Of a stretch of 64,000 nt of DNA, positions 43,608-53,939 are shown in pieces. The stretch lies in the IMG/VR virus record IMGVR_UViG_3300037193_001894, positions 1 through 64,000 of that record; one strand, written 5' to 3'. The notes below the pieces were generated by a model. The model did not search any database and was not told the origin of the DNA. It saw nothing but the letters and a program-made list of their open reading frames with translations. Made by a program: the position numbers and the translations under genes. Origin of the DNA: a virus. Numbering within the stretch: the first letter of the stretch is position 1; each line of letters starts with the position of its first letter.

Positions 43608-46145
43608 TTACTCGGAGGCCGGGACGGCGGACGGGATGACGAGGGACTCGCCGAGGACGATGTTGGTGCCGTAGACCGAGGAGGAGGCCCGGGCTTCGCC
43701 CTCCCAGACACCTCGGGGCTGGTCGCCGTCGAGGTACCCCTGCTCGAACTCGGTGAGGTCGAGACCGTTGTCGGTGACGAACGCGCAGTCCACGTAGATC
43801 ACGGTGCCCGAAGGGGGCGGGGGCGCGTACCCGGCGTCGCCGATCTGCGGAGCCGAGGCGAACTCGATGAACAGCAGCCAGTGCGTGGCCTGGTCGCTGG
43901 TCGCGGTGTTGAGGTAGCGGAACGGCTCCCACTCCACCCCCGGCCCGATGCGTACCGGGAAGGAGATCGAGTCCTCCTTGACGAAGACGCTCACGCCGTA
44001 CGGGCGCTCGTAGTACCGGGCGTACAGCGTCACCCAGATCTCGTCGTCGGGGCTGGAGATCTGGACCTCGCCGGAGAGCGTCCGGAACTCGGGGATCCGG
44101 AACATGCCGTGGTGCTCGCCCTGGAGGTCGCCCTGCTCGGGGCCGTCGGGTCCCTTGACCAGCAGGCCCGCCCGCTGCCCCGTCGATCCGACGGTGTACT
44201 TGAACACCCGGTTGCCGTGGTGGGAGTTGTTCACCTCCACCATCTCGATGGCGACCATGTTGAACTCGACCGCGAGGATCTCCACCGAGGGGTTGGCCTC
44301 GATGTTGACCTGCAACCCCTCGCTGACCATCCAGGACTTGAGCAGCGCGAAGGTCTGCGGGGTGCCGAAGTAGTAGGCCAGCGGCGTCGCCCAGTCCCCC
44401 GTGGTGGCATCCGCCGTCCGAGGGATGAGGTAGCCGTTCACGTCGAGGGCGCGGAAGAACTCGTCGGAGAAGGTGATCGAGTACTCCTGGACCGTCCCGT
44501 CCCCGGTCACCGGGATCTGCTCGTTGCCGAGCATGTAGGTCTGGCTGACCGAGCCGAGGTACCAGGACCAGACCGCATCGGCGGTGCTGCGGACCCGGAC
44601 CTTCATCTCCATCGCGAGCACGTCGGTCATCGTGGTGCGGCCCTCGGGCAAGGAGACCACCGCCGAGGGGCTGCTCGACCAGGCCTCAGCGAGCCGGACT
44701 CCGGTGGCGTCGTCGCCGTCGGTCCACGGGTGCGTGCCGCTCGATCCGACCGCCACGAAGTCCCCGGCGATCGCACTCATCGCGGCGGGCTGGGCCGAGG
44801 CCTGGGTGATGTCGGGATCGGCGGTGTCGAGCCCGCCGTAGAGCGAGAAGTGCAGGATCGTGCAGTGGTCCTGGTAGGTGGGGTTCTCGCTGAACTGGTC
44901 GAGCCAGGACCAGCCGAAGTAGCCGTTCCCGTTCGGGGTGATGACCGGGAGGATCCAGTCCTCGTAGCCGGAGAGGGTGTAGTGGTTCTCCACCGCGTCC
45001 TGGCTGCTGACCTCCGAGTCGAGGTGCAGGGTCGGCGCGGTGTACTCGTGGGTGGCCGTGAGGGTGTCGTCGAGGATGAGCAGTTGCAGGGTGCGTCCGA
45101 TCTCGGTGTTCTCGAACGGGTCGCTCTGGTCGAGGTCGATGACGGTGACGAAGTTGCCGGGCTTCCACTCCTGGAGCCACCAGATGTAGGAGCCGCGAGA
45201 GCCCCGGGTCTGGGCCAGGATCACGTCGGGGTCCGCCACGAGGTCCGTGCCGTTCCACCGGAACCGGCGCAGGATCAGCCGGTCGGAGAGGTCGCTGGCC
45301 GAGTTGTTGTAGGTGGTCTCCTGGATCGCGGCGATGACCGAGCCGTCGCTGGCCCCGCAGGTGTTGACGAAGCCGGTGACGCCGTTGGAGGACGTGTAGG
45401 TGTAGGTGTAGAAGTCGGCGGTCTGGTCGAGCAGAGTCCCGGAGTAGTCGTAGACCCGGAAGTACTGGTGGTCGCCGCTTTGGAGGTAGTCGGTCTGCAC
45501 CTTGACCGCGAACACGCCGGTTCCGAGTGTGTGAGCCCTGCCGGGCGACCAGGAGTCCTTCGCCCCCAGCGGGACCACGAAGGACAGGTCCGGGAGGATG
45601 GTCTCCCCGTCCCCGGCGATGTCGAACCGGATCAGGAAGACGCCCCGGTGCTCGGTGGCCCCGTTGTTGGTCCAGCCATTCACGAAGATGACGCCGTGCA
45701 CCGTGTTGCCGGTGCGCCACCAGGAGTCCGCCCAGTCCGAGTACGACGGCCTGGCGTCGAGCACCGTGGCCCACTCGGCGGGCAGGTTCTCCGAGGAGAA
45801 GATGACGGTCGGGGCCACGTCGTCGGCGGAGGGGTTCTGCGCGACAGCATCGGTCGCGGGCTTGTCCTTGACGATGCCCGCAGCCAACTGCCCCGGGCTG
45901 CCGTCGCCGATCGAGTTGGTGACCAGCACCACCCCTCCCCCGATCGGGTGGTACTGCGGCACGTGCGGCTGCTGGTCGGCGAGGTACTTGCGGTCGGAGA
46001 CGCCCTGGGAGCCCAGCCGGGCGTTGACCAGCGCCCCGGAGGCGACCAGCACCCGGTCGTCGGCCAGGGGGTAGCCCTCCGGCGTGTAGCCCCACTGCCC
46101 GAAGGTGTTCGGGGCCAACTTGGTGACGGCGAGGGTCTCAGCCAC
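43608..46145 (-). CDS. Large beta-rich tail/baseplate protein with a C-terminal CBM-like module
   Basis: GTG after GGAGG; aromatic/beta-rich; ends IYVD...YLDGD...WEG. Confidence 0.7.
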   Translation of the reverse strand: MAETLAVTKLAPNTFGQWGYTPEGYPLADDRVLVASGALVNARLGSQGVSDRKYLADQQPHVPQYHPIGGGVVLVTNSIGDGSPGQLAAGIVKDKPATDAVAQNPSADDVAPTVIFSSENLPAEWATVLDARPSYSDWADSWWRTGNTVHGVIFVNGWTNNGATEHRGVFLIRFDIAGDGETILPDLSFVVPLGAKDSWSPGRAHTLGTGVFAVKVQTDYLQSGDHQYFRVYDYSGTLLDQTADFYTYTYTSSNGVTGFVNTCGASDGSVIAAIQETTYNNSASDLSDRLILRRFRWNGTDLVADPDVILAQTRGSRGSYIWWLQEWKPGNFVTVIDLDQSDPFENTEIGRTLQLLILDDTLTATHEYTAPTLHLDSEVSSQDAVENHYTLSGYEDWILPVITPNGNGYFGWSWLDQFSENPTYQDHCTILHFSLYGGLDTADPDITQASAQPAAMSAIAGDFVAVGSSGTHPWTDGDDATGVRLAEAWSSSPSAVVSLPEGRTTMTDVLAMEMKVRVRSTADAVWSWYLGSVSQTYMLGNEQIPVTGDGTVQEYSITFSDEFFRALDVNGYLIPRTADATTGDWATPLAYYFGTPQTFALLKSWMVSEGLQVNIEANPSVEILAVEFNMVAIEMVEVNNSHHGNRVFKYTVGSTGQRAGLLVKGPDGPEQGDLQGEHHGMFRIPEFRTLSGEVQISSPDDEIWVTLYARYYERPYGVSVFVKEDSISFPVRIGPGVEWEPFRYLNTATSDQATHWLLFIEFASAPQIGDAGYAPPPPSGTVIYVDCAFVTDNGLDLTEFEQGYLDGDQPRGVWEGEARASSSVYGTNIVLGESLVIPSAVPASE

Positions 46146-49100
46146 GAGGCACCTCCCTGATCCACTGGGTCGCCACGACCGTGCCTCCCTCGGCCTCCCA
46201 GCCGTCGGTGTTGCCGCTCTCGCCACCGGGGTTGATCGAGAGGTTCCGCCAGAACGCCGTGGGGGTCTCCACGACCGGGGGCTCCTGGAGCAGGAACTGC
46301 CGGTAGAGGAACCACCAGTTCTCCGGGATGGGCTTGCTCCAGGTCTTGAACATCGGGCTGTCGGTGACCGCAGGGAACTGGTCGTACGGCGTCTGGTTCG
46401 GCCCGCCGTGCTCGATGGTCTCGCGGGGCATCGCGCCCAACTCCATCGTGGAGTACCAGGGCCGGATCAGCAGCGCGCTCACGTGGGCGTTCTGGCGGTA
46501 GGAGCGGACCCGGAAGCGCAGGCTGGAGCCGTCCCCGACATCCTGGGTCTCCGAGGGCACCGAGGGGAACAGGAAGGCCGCGTGCGGGTTGTTGCGGATG
46601 TCGAAGACCCGGTACCAGGTGTTGCCGTCGTCGTTGGAGAACTCCCACACGATGGGGTCCTCGAACAGCGAGATGTTGTCCACGTAGAAGGTGTCGCGGG
46701 TCGCGCCCTCCTGGTAGAGCCGGACCGAGACCCGGCCGTCGTAGCCCTCGAAGCCCTCGGCCTGGTTGACCAGCGCCACGTCGTCCCAGGTCGGCGCGTA
46801 CGGCGCGGGGTCGGACGCCTCGATGGCGTCCCAGGTGCCCAGCGCCTCCACGTCGGCCCAGGTGCGGCCGGGGTCGGGGACGGACCCGCCCTCGCCGACG
46901 GTGTGTCCGACGTACCACTCGGTGATCCGGCCGGGCTGGGCGTAGGCGACCTCATCGGCGAGCACCTCGCCGGTCTCCGCGACGATCTGGAGGTGCAGCG
47001 GCCCACCGAGGTTGGTCGGCGCGTACACCCGGGCCGCAGCGTAGATCCGGCCACCCACGGCGGGGTAGAGGAACTGGCTGCTCTCGATGCCCCCGGTCGA
47101 GGCCGGGGTGCCCTCCAGGGTGTCGGCAGCCAGGTCGTCCCAGACCGGCAGGTTCGGGTCCGGCTCGGACCCCTCGATGTCGTTCCAGGTGCCCATCTGC
47201 TCGATGAAGTTCCAGAACCCGTTCGAGGCCAGGGAGTCCCCGGCGACCGCCACCCGGTCCACCCGCACGGTGGTGCCGATGTCGGTGTTGAGGTCGCTGC
47301 TCTGGGTGATCTGAGCCCCGCCGTAGCGCCTCCAGCGCAGCAGCCGGGGGTCGTTGAAGTCCGGGTCCGAGAGCATCTGGTGGGGAGGCGTCTGAGAGGT
47401 GGCGAACTGGATCCCCCGGACGTTGCGGCGCGAGGAGAGCACCTTGCTGGTGGCCTCGACGTAGCCGCCGATCAGGGAAGCGGCAGTGAGCCCGGAGGGG
47501 CTGTCGAGACGCCAAGGCCGAGCGCTGGTCTCCAGCACGTCCATGTCGTGGAAGTGGAGCAGGTACTCCTCGGTGTCGTCGGCGGCGGTGTAGTCCACCT
47601 TGAACATCCGGATCGAGTTCAGCCCGACGAAGTAGGCCACCTTCGCGGTGTGCCGGACCTCGATGGTCTCGTAGTAGTGCCGACCGACCTGGGTGAAGCG
47701 CGGGGCCTGCCGGACGCCCTGGTGCCAGGGGATCAGGTTGAACGAAGGGCTCAGCGCCTTGAGCCGGTCCTGCGCGTTCGGGTCCTCGGCGTAGAGCGCC
47801 TCGGTCGGGGTGTACTCGGGGTAGACGTTCTCCGAGTGGACGAGGTTCATCAGGCGCTGCTGGTCGGCGAACCGGACCACCGCCCCGAGGTCCTGGTTGA
47901 CCTTCGCGCCGGAGCCGCCCGGGGATGCCTCGGAGGCCCCGCTCACGTTGCGGAGCGCGACCGAGTTCTCGTAGGTCTCGCGGGTGAACACCTTGACCTT
48001 GCGGGTCATCGGGAAGATCGAGGAGTAGGGCTGGGCGACGAGGTTGGTGAACTCGAACTTGAAGAAGCGGGCGAGCACCGGGTCGAACTTCAAGAGCCCC
48101 TTGTGCAACTTGAAGTCGCGGTTGATCGGGGTCCACTCCAGGGACTCGTAGATGTCGCCGGGGCCACCGACGAACCCCCACGGGTTGATCGAGTCGTCGC
48201 CGACGGTGCGGGTGTCGGGGTTCTGCCGGAGCAGCGCGTTGCGGGTGTGGTCCGGCCGCTCCTCGCCGATCTCCGGGCGGGCCAGGAACTCCCCGAGGGT
48301 GTCGGCGGACAGGAACTCCTCGCCGTCGAACGCGCCCTGCTTGAGGATCGCCCCGGCCAGGATGTACCCGCCCCGGCCCACGTCGGCGTTGGAGTCCTTG
48401 CGCAGCGCCCCGAACCTCAGGGTCCCGGCCAGGTCCTGGTCGGCGAACGGGAGCCCGGTCGCGAGGTCGATCCCGCTGGCCTGGGGGACGTACGGCGCAG
48501 CGGACGCCCCGGCGTTGAAGTCCGGCATCAGCATCTGCACCTGGTCGCCCTCGGAGACCACCACGACGCGCAGCGAGTCGTTGACGACGAAGGTCGCCGG
48601 GGCCGCGAGCGTCGCGCCCCGGACGGTGGCCACGATCTGGCTGTCCTTCCACTCGACCCGGAGGCCGGGCCAGTCGATGAACACCCGGGGGTCGGTGGAG
48701 GTGGAGGCGAACTGCGGCTGGATGGCCAGCCCGACCCACCAGTCCTTGGCCGGGTCCCACTGGATCATCGTGTTGTCGATGTCGAGGTAGCCGAAGTCCT
48801 CGGCGGGGAACAGGACGCCGCTGGCCTTGGAGGACACCGCGCCACGGGGCTGGAGGCCCGGGAAGCGCAGCGGGGAGTCGGAGGCCTCGAAGCCCCCGGA
48901 CAGGTCGAGCGCCTGGGCGGAGTAGTAGAGGTTGACGCTGACCCCGGAGGTGGTCGGGTCCACCTCGAAGCGGTCCACCGTCTGGGGTCCGCCGTTGCCG
49001 TCCCGGGCGTCGGCGTAGAGGTTGACCACGGCGTACGGCACCGGCTGGGGCTCGCACTTCCAGATGTCGTCCTCGCCGACGCGCTGCGACTTGGGGGTCC

Positions 49101-49863
49101 GGGCGATCGCGGCCCTGGTCGGCCAGAGGATGTCCGAGGCGCTGTACTGGCGCAGCACGAAGTCCACCGGGGAGCCGAGCAGGTCGGTGGAGGAGGAGAA
49201 GGTCTCGGCCAGGTCCACCTGCTGGGTGGGGGTGAGGTCGCCCGGCAGGTCGGTGCGGTCGGCGACGGTGTGGCCGACCTGGAAGTCCTGCACGGCCAGC
49301 GAGTAGTTGACCGGATCCCCACGGCGGTCCCGGGGGACGCCCTTGGTGGGGATGCGGGTGAGCACCAGCCGGAACCGGCTGGCCTTGATGTTGCGCGAGT
49401 GCACGTTCACGTCGTGCCAGTGGCCCGCGCCCCGGTGCTGGTGGTGGCGGTGGGTGTTGTCGAAGACGCCCTCGTGGACCACCTTCGGGGTGGAGTCCTT
49501 GAGGGTGACCACCACCGGCTTGCCGTTGCGCTTGCGGCGGACCGGACGCCACTCCTCGTACCGCTCGTTGTAGTACTGGAGCCAGGCCCGGCAGGGGAAG
49601 TTCGACAGCCTGAACTGGAACTTGTTGACCAACTTGGTCGTGTTCAGGCTCACCTCCATCACCTCGCGGATCGGCGAGGTGGCCCGGCGCTGCGGGGTGG
49701 CCCAGAACCGGTTCGGGGAGTCCCACTTGGTGCCGCCCAGGGCAGCAGTGTTGGCCTCGTAGAGGCTCTTGAGGTCCTCCAGCGGCACGCCGTCGATGTA
49801 GAGCCGGGAGAGCACCTCTCCGTTCAGGCCCGGGGCCACGGAGATCGCGGGGATCTTAGCCAT
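46138..49863 (-). CDS. Large baseplate/tail structural protein
   Basis: ~1240 aa from MAKIPAIS; follows the baseplate genes; TW.D.E..GTW repeats. Confidence 0.75.
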   Translation of the reverse strand: MAKIPAISVAPGLNGEVLSRLYIDGVPLEDLKSLYEANTAALGGTKWDSPNRFWATPQRRATSPIREVMEVSLNTTKLVNKFQFRLSNFPCRAWLQYYNERYEEWRPVRRKRNGKPVVVTLKDSTPKVVHEGVFDNTHRHHQHRGAGHWHDVNVHSRNIKASRFRLVLTRIPTKGVPRDRRGDPVNYSLAVQDFQVGHTVADRTDLPGDLTPTQQVDLAETFSSSTDLLGSPVDFVLRQYSASDILWPTRAAIARTPKSQRVGEDDIWKCEPQPVPYAVVNLYADARDGNGGPQTVDRFEVDPTTSGVSVNLYYSAQALDLSGGFEASDSPLRFPGLQPRGAVSSKASGVLFPAEDFGYLDIDNTMIQWDPAKDWWVGLAIQPQFASTSTDPRVFIDWPGLRVEWKDSQIVATVRGATLAAPATFVVNDSLRVVVVSEGDQVQMLMPDFNAGASAAPYVPQASGIDLATGLPFADQDLAGTLRFGALRKDSNADVGRGGYILAGAILKQGAFDGEEFLSADTLGEFLARPEIGEERPDHTRNALLRQNPDTRTVGDDSINPWGFVGGPGDIYESLEWTPINRDFKLHKGLLKFDPVLARFFKFEFTNLVAQPYSSIFPMTRKVKVFTRETYENSVALRNVSGASEASPGGSGAKVNQDLGAVVRFADQQRLMNLVHSENVYPEYTPTEALYAEDPNAQDRLKALSPSFNLIPWHQGVRQAPRFTQVGRHYYETIEVRHTAKVAYFVGLNSIRMFKVDYTAADDTEEYLLHFHDMDVLETSARPWRLDSPSGLTAASLIGGYVEATSKVLSSRRNVRGIQFATSQTPPHQMLSDPDFNDPRLLRWRRYGGAQITQSSDLNTDIGTTVRVDRVAVAGDSLASNGFWNFIEQMGTWNDIEGSEPDPNLPVWDDLAADTLEGTPASTGGIESSQFLYPAVGGRIYAAARVYAPTNLGGPLHLQIVAETGEVLADEVAYAQPGRITEWYVGHTVGEGGSVPDPGRTWADVEALGTWDAIEASDPAPYAPTWDDVALVNQAEGFEGYDGRVSVRLYQEGATRDTFYVDNISLFEDPIVWEFSNDDGNTWYRVFDIRNNPHAAFLFPSVPSETQDVGDGSSLRFRVRSYRQNAHVSALLIRPWYSTMELGAMPRETIEHGGPNQTPYDQFPAVTDSPMFKTWSKPIPENWWFLYRQFLLQEPPVVETPTAFWRNLSINPGGESGNTDGWEAEGGTVVATQWIREVPRG

Positions 49864-51229
49864 GCGGCACGGCCTCCATCCGGGGCTCCGAGAAGGGGTG
49901 CGAGACGAGCACGCCCTCCGAGGCGTACCGAGCCGCCAGCGCACGGCGGGGGTCCATGATCGACCGGTCGGCGGTGAACCGCTCGCGGGTGCCGTCGCGG
50001 TAGGTCACCAGTTGGTCGGTGCGGGTGTCGGTGATCGGCCCTCGGCCTGGCTCGTCCTTGGCGTCGTCGTTGGGGTCGAAGGAGTACGACTTCACCGCGA
50101 CCACCTCGGGGTTGTACGACCACTCCGCAGCCTGCTGGACAGACCACGGGGGCTTCGGGATCGAGCGGCGGTCGGAGGCGAGCAGGCCCTCCAACTCCTG
50201 GCGCAGCGAGAGCGGGTACGGCTCGATCCCCTCGGGGGTGATCAGGTCGCCGCGAGGGGCCACCCGGGTGGAGACCTCCCAGTAGTTGGAGTCGGCCACC
50301 AGGTTGGTGATCGGCGCGTCGCGGTGCAGGGCCACGCCGTCGGGGTTGACCGTCAGCAGGACGCTGGCGGGCTTGAGCACGTTGAGCACCCGGATGATGG
50401 CGCTCATGTCCTCGGCCCGCTGCCGGTCCGCCTCGTCCTGGCCGTCCTCGTCGGCGATCCGGATGTAGTCCTTCTTCGGGTGCACGACGACCTCGGCCCG
50501 GGTGTTGATCCCGGTGCGGCCGATGGTCACGATGTCCTCGACCTGGCTCCACGACGGCAGGTTCGGGCTGGGGTTGGACTGCTCGATCTGGTCCCAGGTG
50601 CCCAGGGCCTCGACCTCGTTCCAGGTGAGCCCGGTGCTGCCGGTGCCGAACGTGTCGAGCAGGCTCCAGACCTCGTAGATCTCGCACTCGACCTGGGTGA
50701 TCGCCTCGGCCGCAGCCTTGATGCCCGGCAGCGTCGCCCCGAGGTTGATCGCGGAGGCCAGCCTGTAGATCCGGTCCCGGAACGCCGCGTCGCGGTTCTC
50801 GATCTGGTCCCACTCGTTCGGCGTGGCCGTGTCGGTGTGGGGGTTGATCCAGAGCAGTTCGTTGGCGAAGCGCGAGATCCCGAAGATCGCCCCGTAGAAC
50901 CGGTCGAGGTCGTAGAAGTGCGTGCTCTGCAAGGCGTTCTGGAACTGCACGACCGTGTTGCGCTTGCGCAGTTGCCCGGCCCCGGACTCGCCGAGCAGGG
51001 CCTTCATCAGCCGGACCAGGTGGCTGTCCTCGCGCAGGTCGTAGAGGTTGTCCGGGAAGTGCGCCAGCCGGTCGCTGACGGACTTGTCCGGGATGGCCAT
51101 GCCGGTGGCCGAGGAGAGGCCGGTGACCTGCGGGGTGCTCGGGTCGATCTGGGTGGACATGATGTCCTGGAACGGCCGGTCGGTGCCGTCGAAGAACGGC
51201 TCGTTCTGGGTGAAGATCGCCTCGGTCAT
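49856..51229 (-). CDS. Baseplate wedge-like protein
   Basis: LDRFYGAIFGISR...FRDRI...GATLPGIKAA (gpI-like pattern); follows baseplate J. Confidence 0.7.
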   Translation of the reverse strand: MTEAIFTQNEPFFDGTDRPFQDIMSTQIDPSTPQVTGLSSATGMAIPDKSVSDRLAHFPDNLYDLREDSHLVRLMKALLGESGAGQLRKRNTVVQFQNALQSTHFYDLDRFYGAIFGISRFANELLWINPHTDTATPNEWDQIENRDAAFRDRIYRLASAINLGATLPGIKAAAEAITQVECEIYEVWSLLDTFGTGSTGLTWNEVEALGTWDQIEQSNPSPNLPSWSQVEDIVTIGRTGINTRAEVVVHPKKDYIRIADEDGQDEADRQRAEDMSAIIRVLNVLKPASVLLTVNPDGVALHRDAPITNLVADSNYWEVSTRVAPRGDLITPEGIEPYPLSLRQELEGLLASDRRSIPKPPWSVQQAAEWSYNPEVVAVKSYSFDPNDDAKDEPGRGPITDTRTDQLVTYRDGTRERFTADRSIMDPRRALAARYASEGVLVSHPFSEPRMEAVPHG

Positions 51230-53100
51230 CACAGGCCCCCGAACGAGTTCTCCGCCCGCAGCACCTTGACTGCGGAGTGGAACACCGGCAACTCCCCGTC
51301 GCCGAACCGCAGGTCGGAGGGTCGCCCGGTGGCATCGACGAACGACTGCGTGACGACGCCCTCGACCATCCGCTGCACGCCGACGGTGTAGCCGTTCGGG
51401 GCGGCGGAGTTGTACCCGGCGTGGTCGCCGCCGTGCAGGAAGCGCACGTTGTCCACGCCCGGGACGTTGTGGACGATCTGGAGCAGGTCGGAGATCTGCA
51501 CCCGGCCCTGGAAGCCAGCCCGGACGAAGTGCTCGCCCAGCGCCCGGTCGATCTCGGAGTTCACCACCGGCTGGTTGGCCCGGGGCTCGTACATGATCGC
51601 CAGGGAGAGCCGCAGTTCGACCAACTTCGCCTGGTGGGTCCTGGCGTCCACCCCGAGCAGCCGCCAGCGCTCCACGGCCGTCTGGATGCTCGCCACCATG
51701 GCGTTGTAGAGGTAGGGCGCGGTGCTCTGCCCGCCGACCGTGAAGACCGCGCCGTCGGGCGGCAGGTAGCCGACGGCGTTGTGCCACTCCAGGCCGAACG
51801 CGGAGGTCGGGGTGTAGCCGAAGGCGTCGTCCTGGTGCACCACCCGGTAGGCGTAGCGGACGGTCTCCCCGCCGATCGTGGCCTCGGTCCCCATCGGGTT
51901 CGCTGCGGTCGCCAGGCCGAACACCTGGCCGCTGACGCTCAGCGTCGAGGGCACGGCCATGATCGGGCCGAAGGCGAGCGGGACGAAGACGTTGCCGATG
52001 GCCGGAGGGGTCTCGTCGAAGCGGCGGAACTTGTGCCGCGACAGGGGGTCCACCGTGGGCAGCGCGATGTCGTTGAAGACGTTGGTGGAGTTGAACACGA
52101 CGGTCTGCACCGCAGACTGAGCCCGACGGCCTCCGACCCAGAGGTCCACCCGGTTGGTGATGCCCGACTCCGGCCGGTTGCGGCTGGCCAGAGGCTGGTA
52201 CTCGAAGTCCACCTCGATCATGGTCTCGTCGGGGATCTTGGTGGCGTCGAGCACGTTGACCTTCGGCGGGTTGACCGTGGTGTCCCAGGAGTAGTCGCGG
52301 CCCTTGAGCGCGATGTCTCCGGCGTCGATGTTCTCCCCGACGAACACCGGCTCGCTGTAGATGTAGAAGGCGTCGTCCACGGTGGTCTGGCCGACCCCGG
52401 CGACGATCTGCACCTGCTCGCGGCGCTTCTTGCTAGCGCCGATCACGTTGGCGGCGTAGCAGTTCGGGTCGTCCAGGGCGACGCCGAGGTACATCTGCTC
52501 GGTGCCCGCGAGGTTGCGGAAGACCGTCTTCTTCCAGCGGGTCCGCAGTTCCTCGTCGGTCTCCTGCGAGGTGCCCCCGGTCAGCGGGCTGACGTTGGCC
52601 ACCGAGCCGACCCCGGCGATCGGGGTGGAGATGGCCGTCAGAGCGTTGGCCGCGAGGTTGCCAGACGGGCCGCTCTCGACCGCCTGGACGGCCACGGTGA
52701 CGCTCATCGCCCCGGGCTCGATGTAGGCCCCCGAGACGGTCTGCACGACCACCGGGGGCGTCGTGGTGGAGGTGATCTCGGTGTTGACCGGGATGAAGAC
52801 CGTGCTGGTCAGCGAGGAGGACGCGGCGCGGGTGAACACCACGGTGCCCGAGGCCCGCTTGCCCGCCAGCCGCGCCAAGCCGAACAACTGCACGAAGTCG
52901 TCGAGGTCGGCCTCGATCTTCGAGTCGATGTCGTACTGGTAGGACAGCAGGTAGGAGTCGATGTAGGCCTCGGCCACGGACTCCGACACCGCGTCGATGA
53001 TCTTGCGGGTGGTGGTGCCTACCGAGGTGTCGAGTTCGGGATCGGTCAGCCGCAGGGTGGAGATGATCTGGCTGGCCACATCGTTGATTCGCGCCGTCAC
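51229..53100 (-). CDS. Baseplate J-like protein
   Basis: LDDF..FGLAR...ASGTVVF, VQAVESGPSGN, LTGGTSQETDEELRTR. Confidence 0.9.
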   Translation of the reverse strand: MTARINDVASQIISTLRLTDPELDTSVGTTTRKIIDAVSESVAEAYIDSYLLSYQYDIDSKIEADLDDFVQLFGLARLAGKRASGTVVFTRAASSSLTSTVFIPVNTEITSTTTPPVVVQTVSGAYIEPGAMSVTVAVQAVESGPSGNLAANALTAISTPIAGVGSVANVSPLTGGTSQETDEELRTRWKKTVFRNLAGTEQMYLGVALDDPNCYAANVIGASKKRREQVQIVAGVGQTTVDDAFYIYSEPVFVGENIDAGDIALKGRDYSWDTTVNPPKVNVLDATKIPDETMIEVDFEYQPLASRNRPESGITNRVDLWVGGRRAQSAVQTVVFNSTNVFNDIALPTVDPLSRHKFRRFDETPPAIGNVFVPLAFGPIMAVPSTLSVSGQVFGLATAANPMGTEATIGGETVRYAYRVVHQDDAFGYTPTSAFGLEWHNAVGYLPPDGAVFTVGGQSTAPYLYNAMVASIQTAVERWRLLGVDARTHQAKLVELRLSLAIMYEPRANQPVVNSEIDRALGEHFVRAGFQGRVQISDLLQIVHNVPGVDNVRFLHGGDHAGYNSAAPNGYTVGVQRMVEGVVTQSFVDATGRPSDLRFGDGELPVFHSAVKVLRAENSFGGL

Positions 53101-53528
53101 AGGGTCACCGTCCGGTTGAGTTCCACGTCCAGCCCGGCCTGAGTGGTCAGGCTGATCCGGATCGAGATCGAGTCGTCACGCACCTGGGCCTCGATGTCGT
53201 TGACCTTCCGCACCACGTCGGCCGTGGCGAAGCGGCTGCGGCGTCCGTTGAGCATGTCCTGGTAGACCTCCTGGTCCTGGATCGCGATGTACTGCGCGAT
53301 CACCCGGGACACCTCGGAGCGCACCTGGAACTCCATGTCCTCGGTCAGGGGCTGGCCGATGTAGTCGATGAGCACCGAGCCCCATCGGTCCCCGTGGAAC
53401 CGGTCGGTGCCCCAGCGCTCCCCAAGGGCCAGCGAGAGGTCCTGCCGGACCTTCGTCGCTCCGGAGACCACGGCGTGGCCGGACTGACCGACCACCAGGT
53501 CCCCGTTGCTGAGCGCGAGAGTCTTCAT
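53097..53528 (-). CDS. Baseplate wedge subunit (gp25/W-like)
   Basis: MKTLAL.NGDLV...QDL..ALGE..G.DRFH..WGS; directly upstream of J. Confidence 0.75.
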   Translation of the reverse strand: MKTLALSNGDLVVGQSGHAVVSGATKVRQDLSLALGERWGTDRFHGDRWGSVLIDYIGQPLTEDMEFQVRSEVSRVIAQYIAIQDQEVYQDMLNGRRSRFATADVVRKVNDIEAQVRDDSISIRISLTTQAGLDVELNRTVTL

Positions 53529-53539
53529 CCGTGCACCTC

Positions 53540-53574
53540 CATCCCTTCATGGGCCTCACCGGGGGACCGACAGC
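53540..53574 (-). promoter_or_regulatory. Putative phage late promoter, copy 3
   Basis: GCTGTC-N20-GAAGGGATG filling a short intergenic gap before the baseplate genes. Confidence 0.65.
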
Positions 53575-53582
53575 GAATGCGC

Positions 53583-53939
53583 TCAGTCCAGCGACCTGGT
53601 GAACGAGGCCCCCTCCTCGACGACCAGCCCGAGTTCGAGCAGCGCGTCGAGGATCTCGATGGTCAGCGGGTCAGCACCGTCCCGGGGCGCGGTGATCACG
53701 GGCGGGGTCGGCTTGCTCGCCTTGGTCAGGAAGACCCATCCGCCGAACTGCTTGGTGATCGTCCAGACATCGCCCGGCTTCGGCCACGCGCCGCCGCCCA
53801 TGCGGCTGAGCACGGACACCTGGACCTCCATGCCCTGGCTGTCGCGGCACAGCGCGAAGCCGTGGTCGGAGATTATTTCATGTACCTGGACGCGCTTCAC
53901 GTCGAACCCGACGCCTCGGGTCATCGGCTGCCTGGCCAT
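53583..53939 (-). CDS. Putative baseplate spike/OB-fold small protein
   Basis: Follows the hub gene; WPKPGDVW motif. Confidence 0.55.
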   Translation of the reverse strand: MARQPMTRGVGFDVKRVQVHEIISDHGFALCRDSQGMEVQVSVLSRMGGGAWPKPGDVWTITKQFGGWVFLTKASKPTPPVITAPRDGADPLTIEILDALLELGLVVEEGASFTRSLD

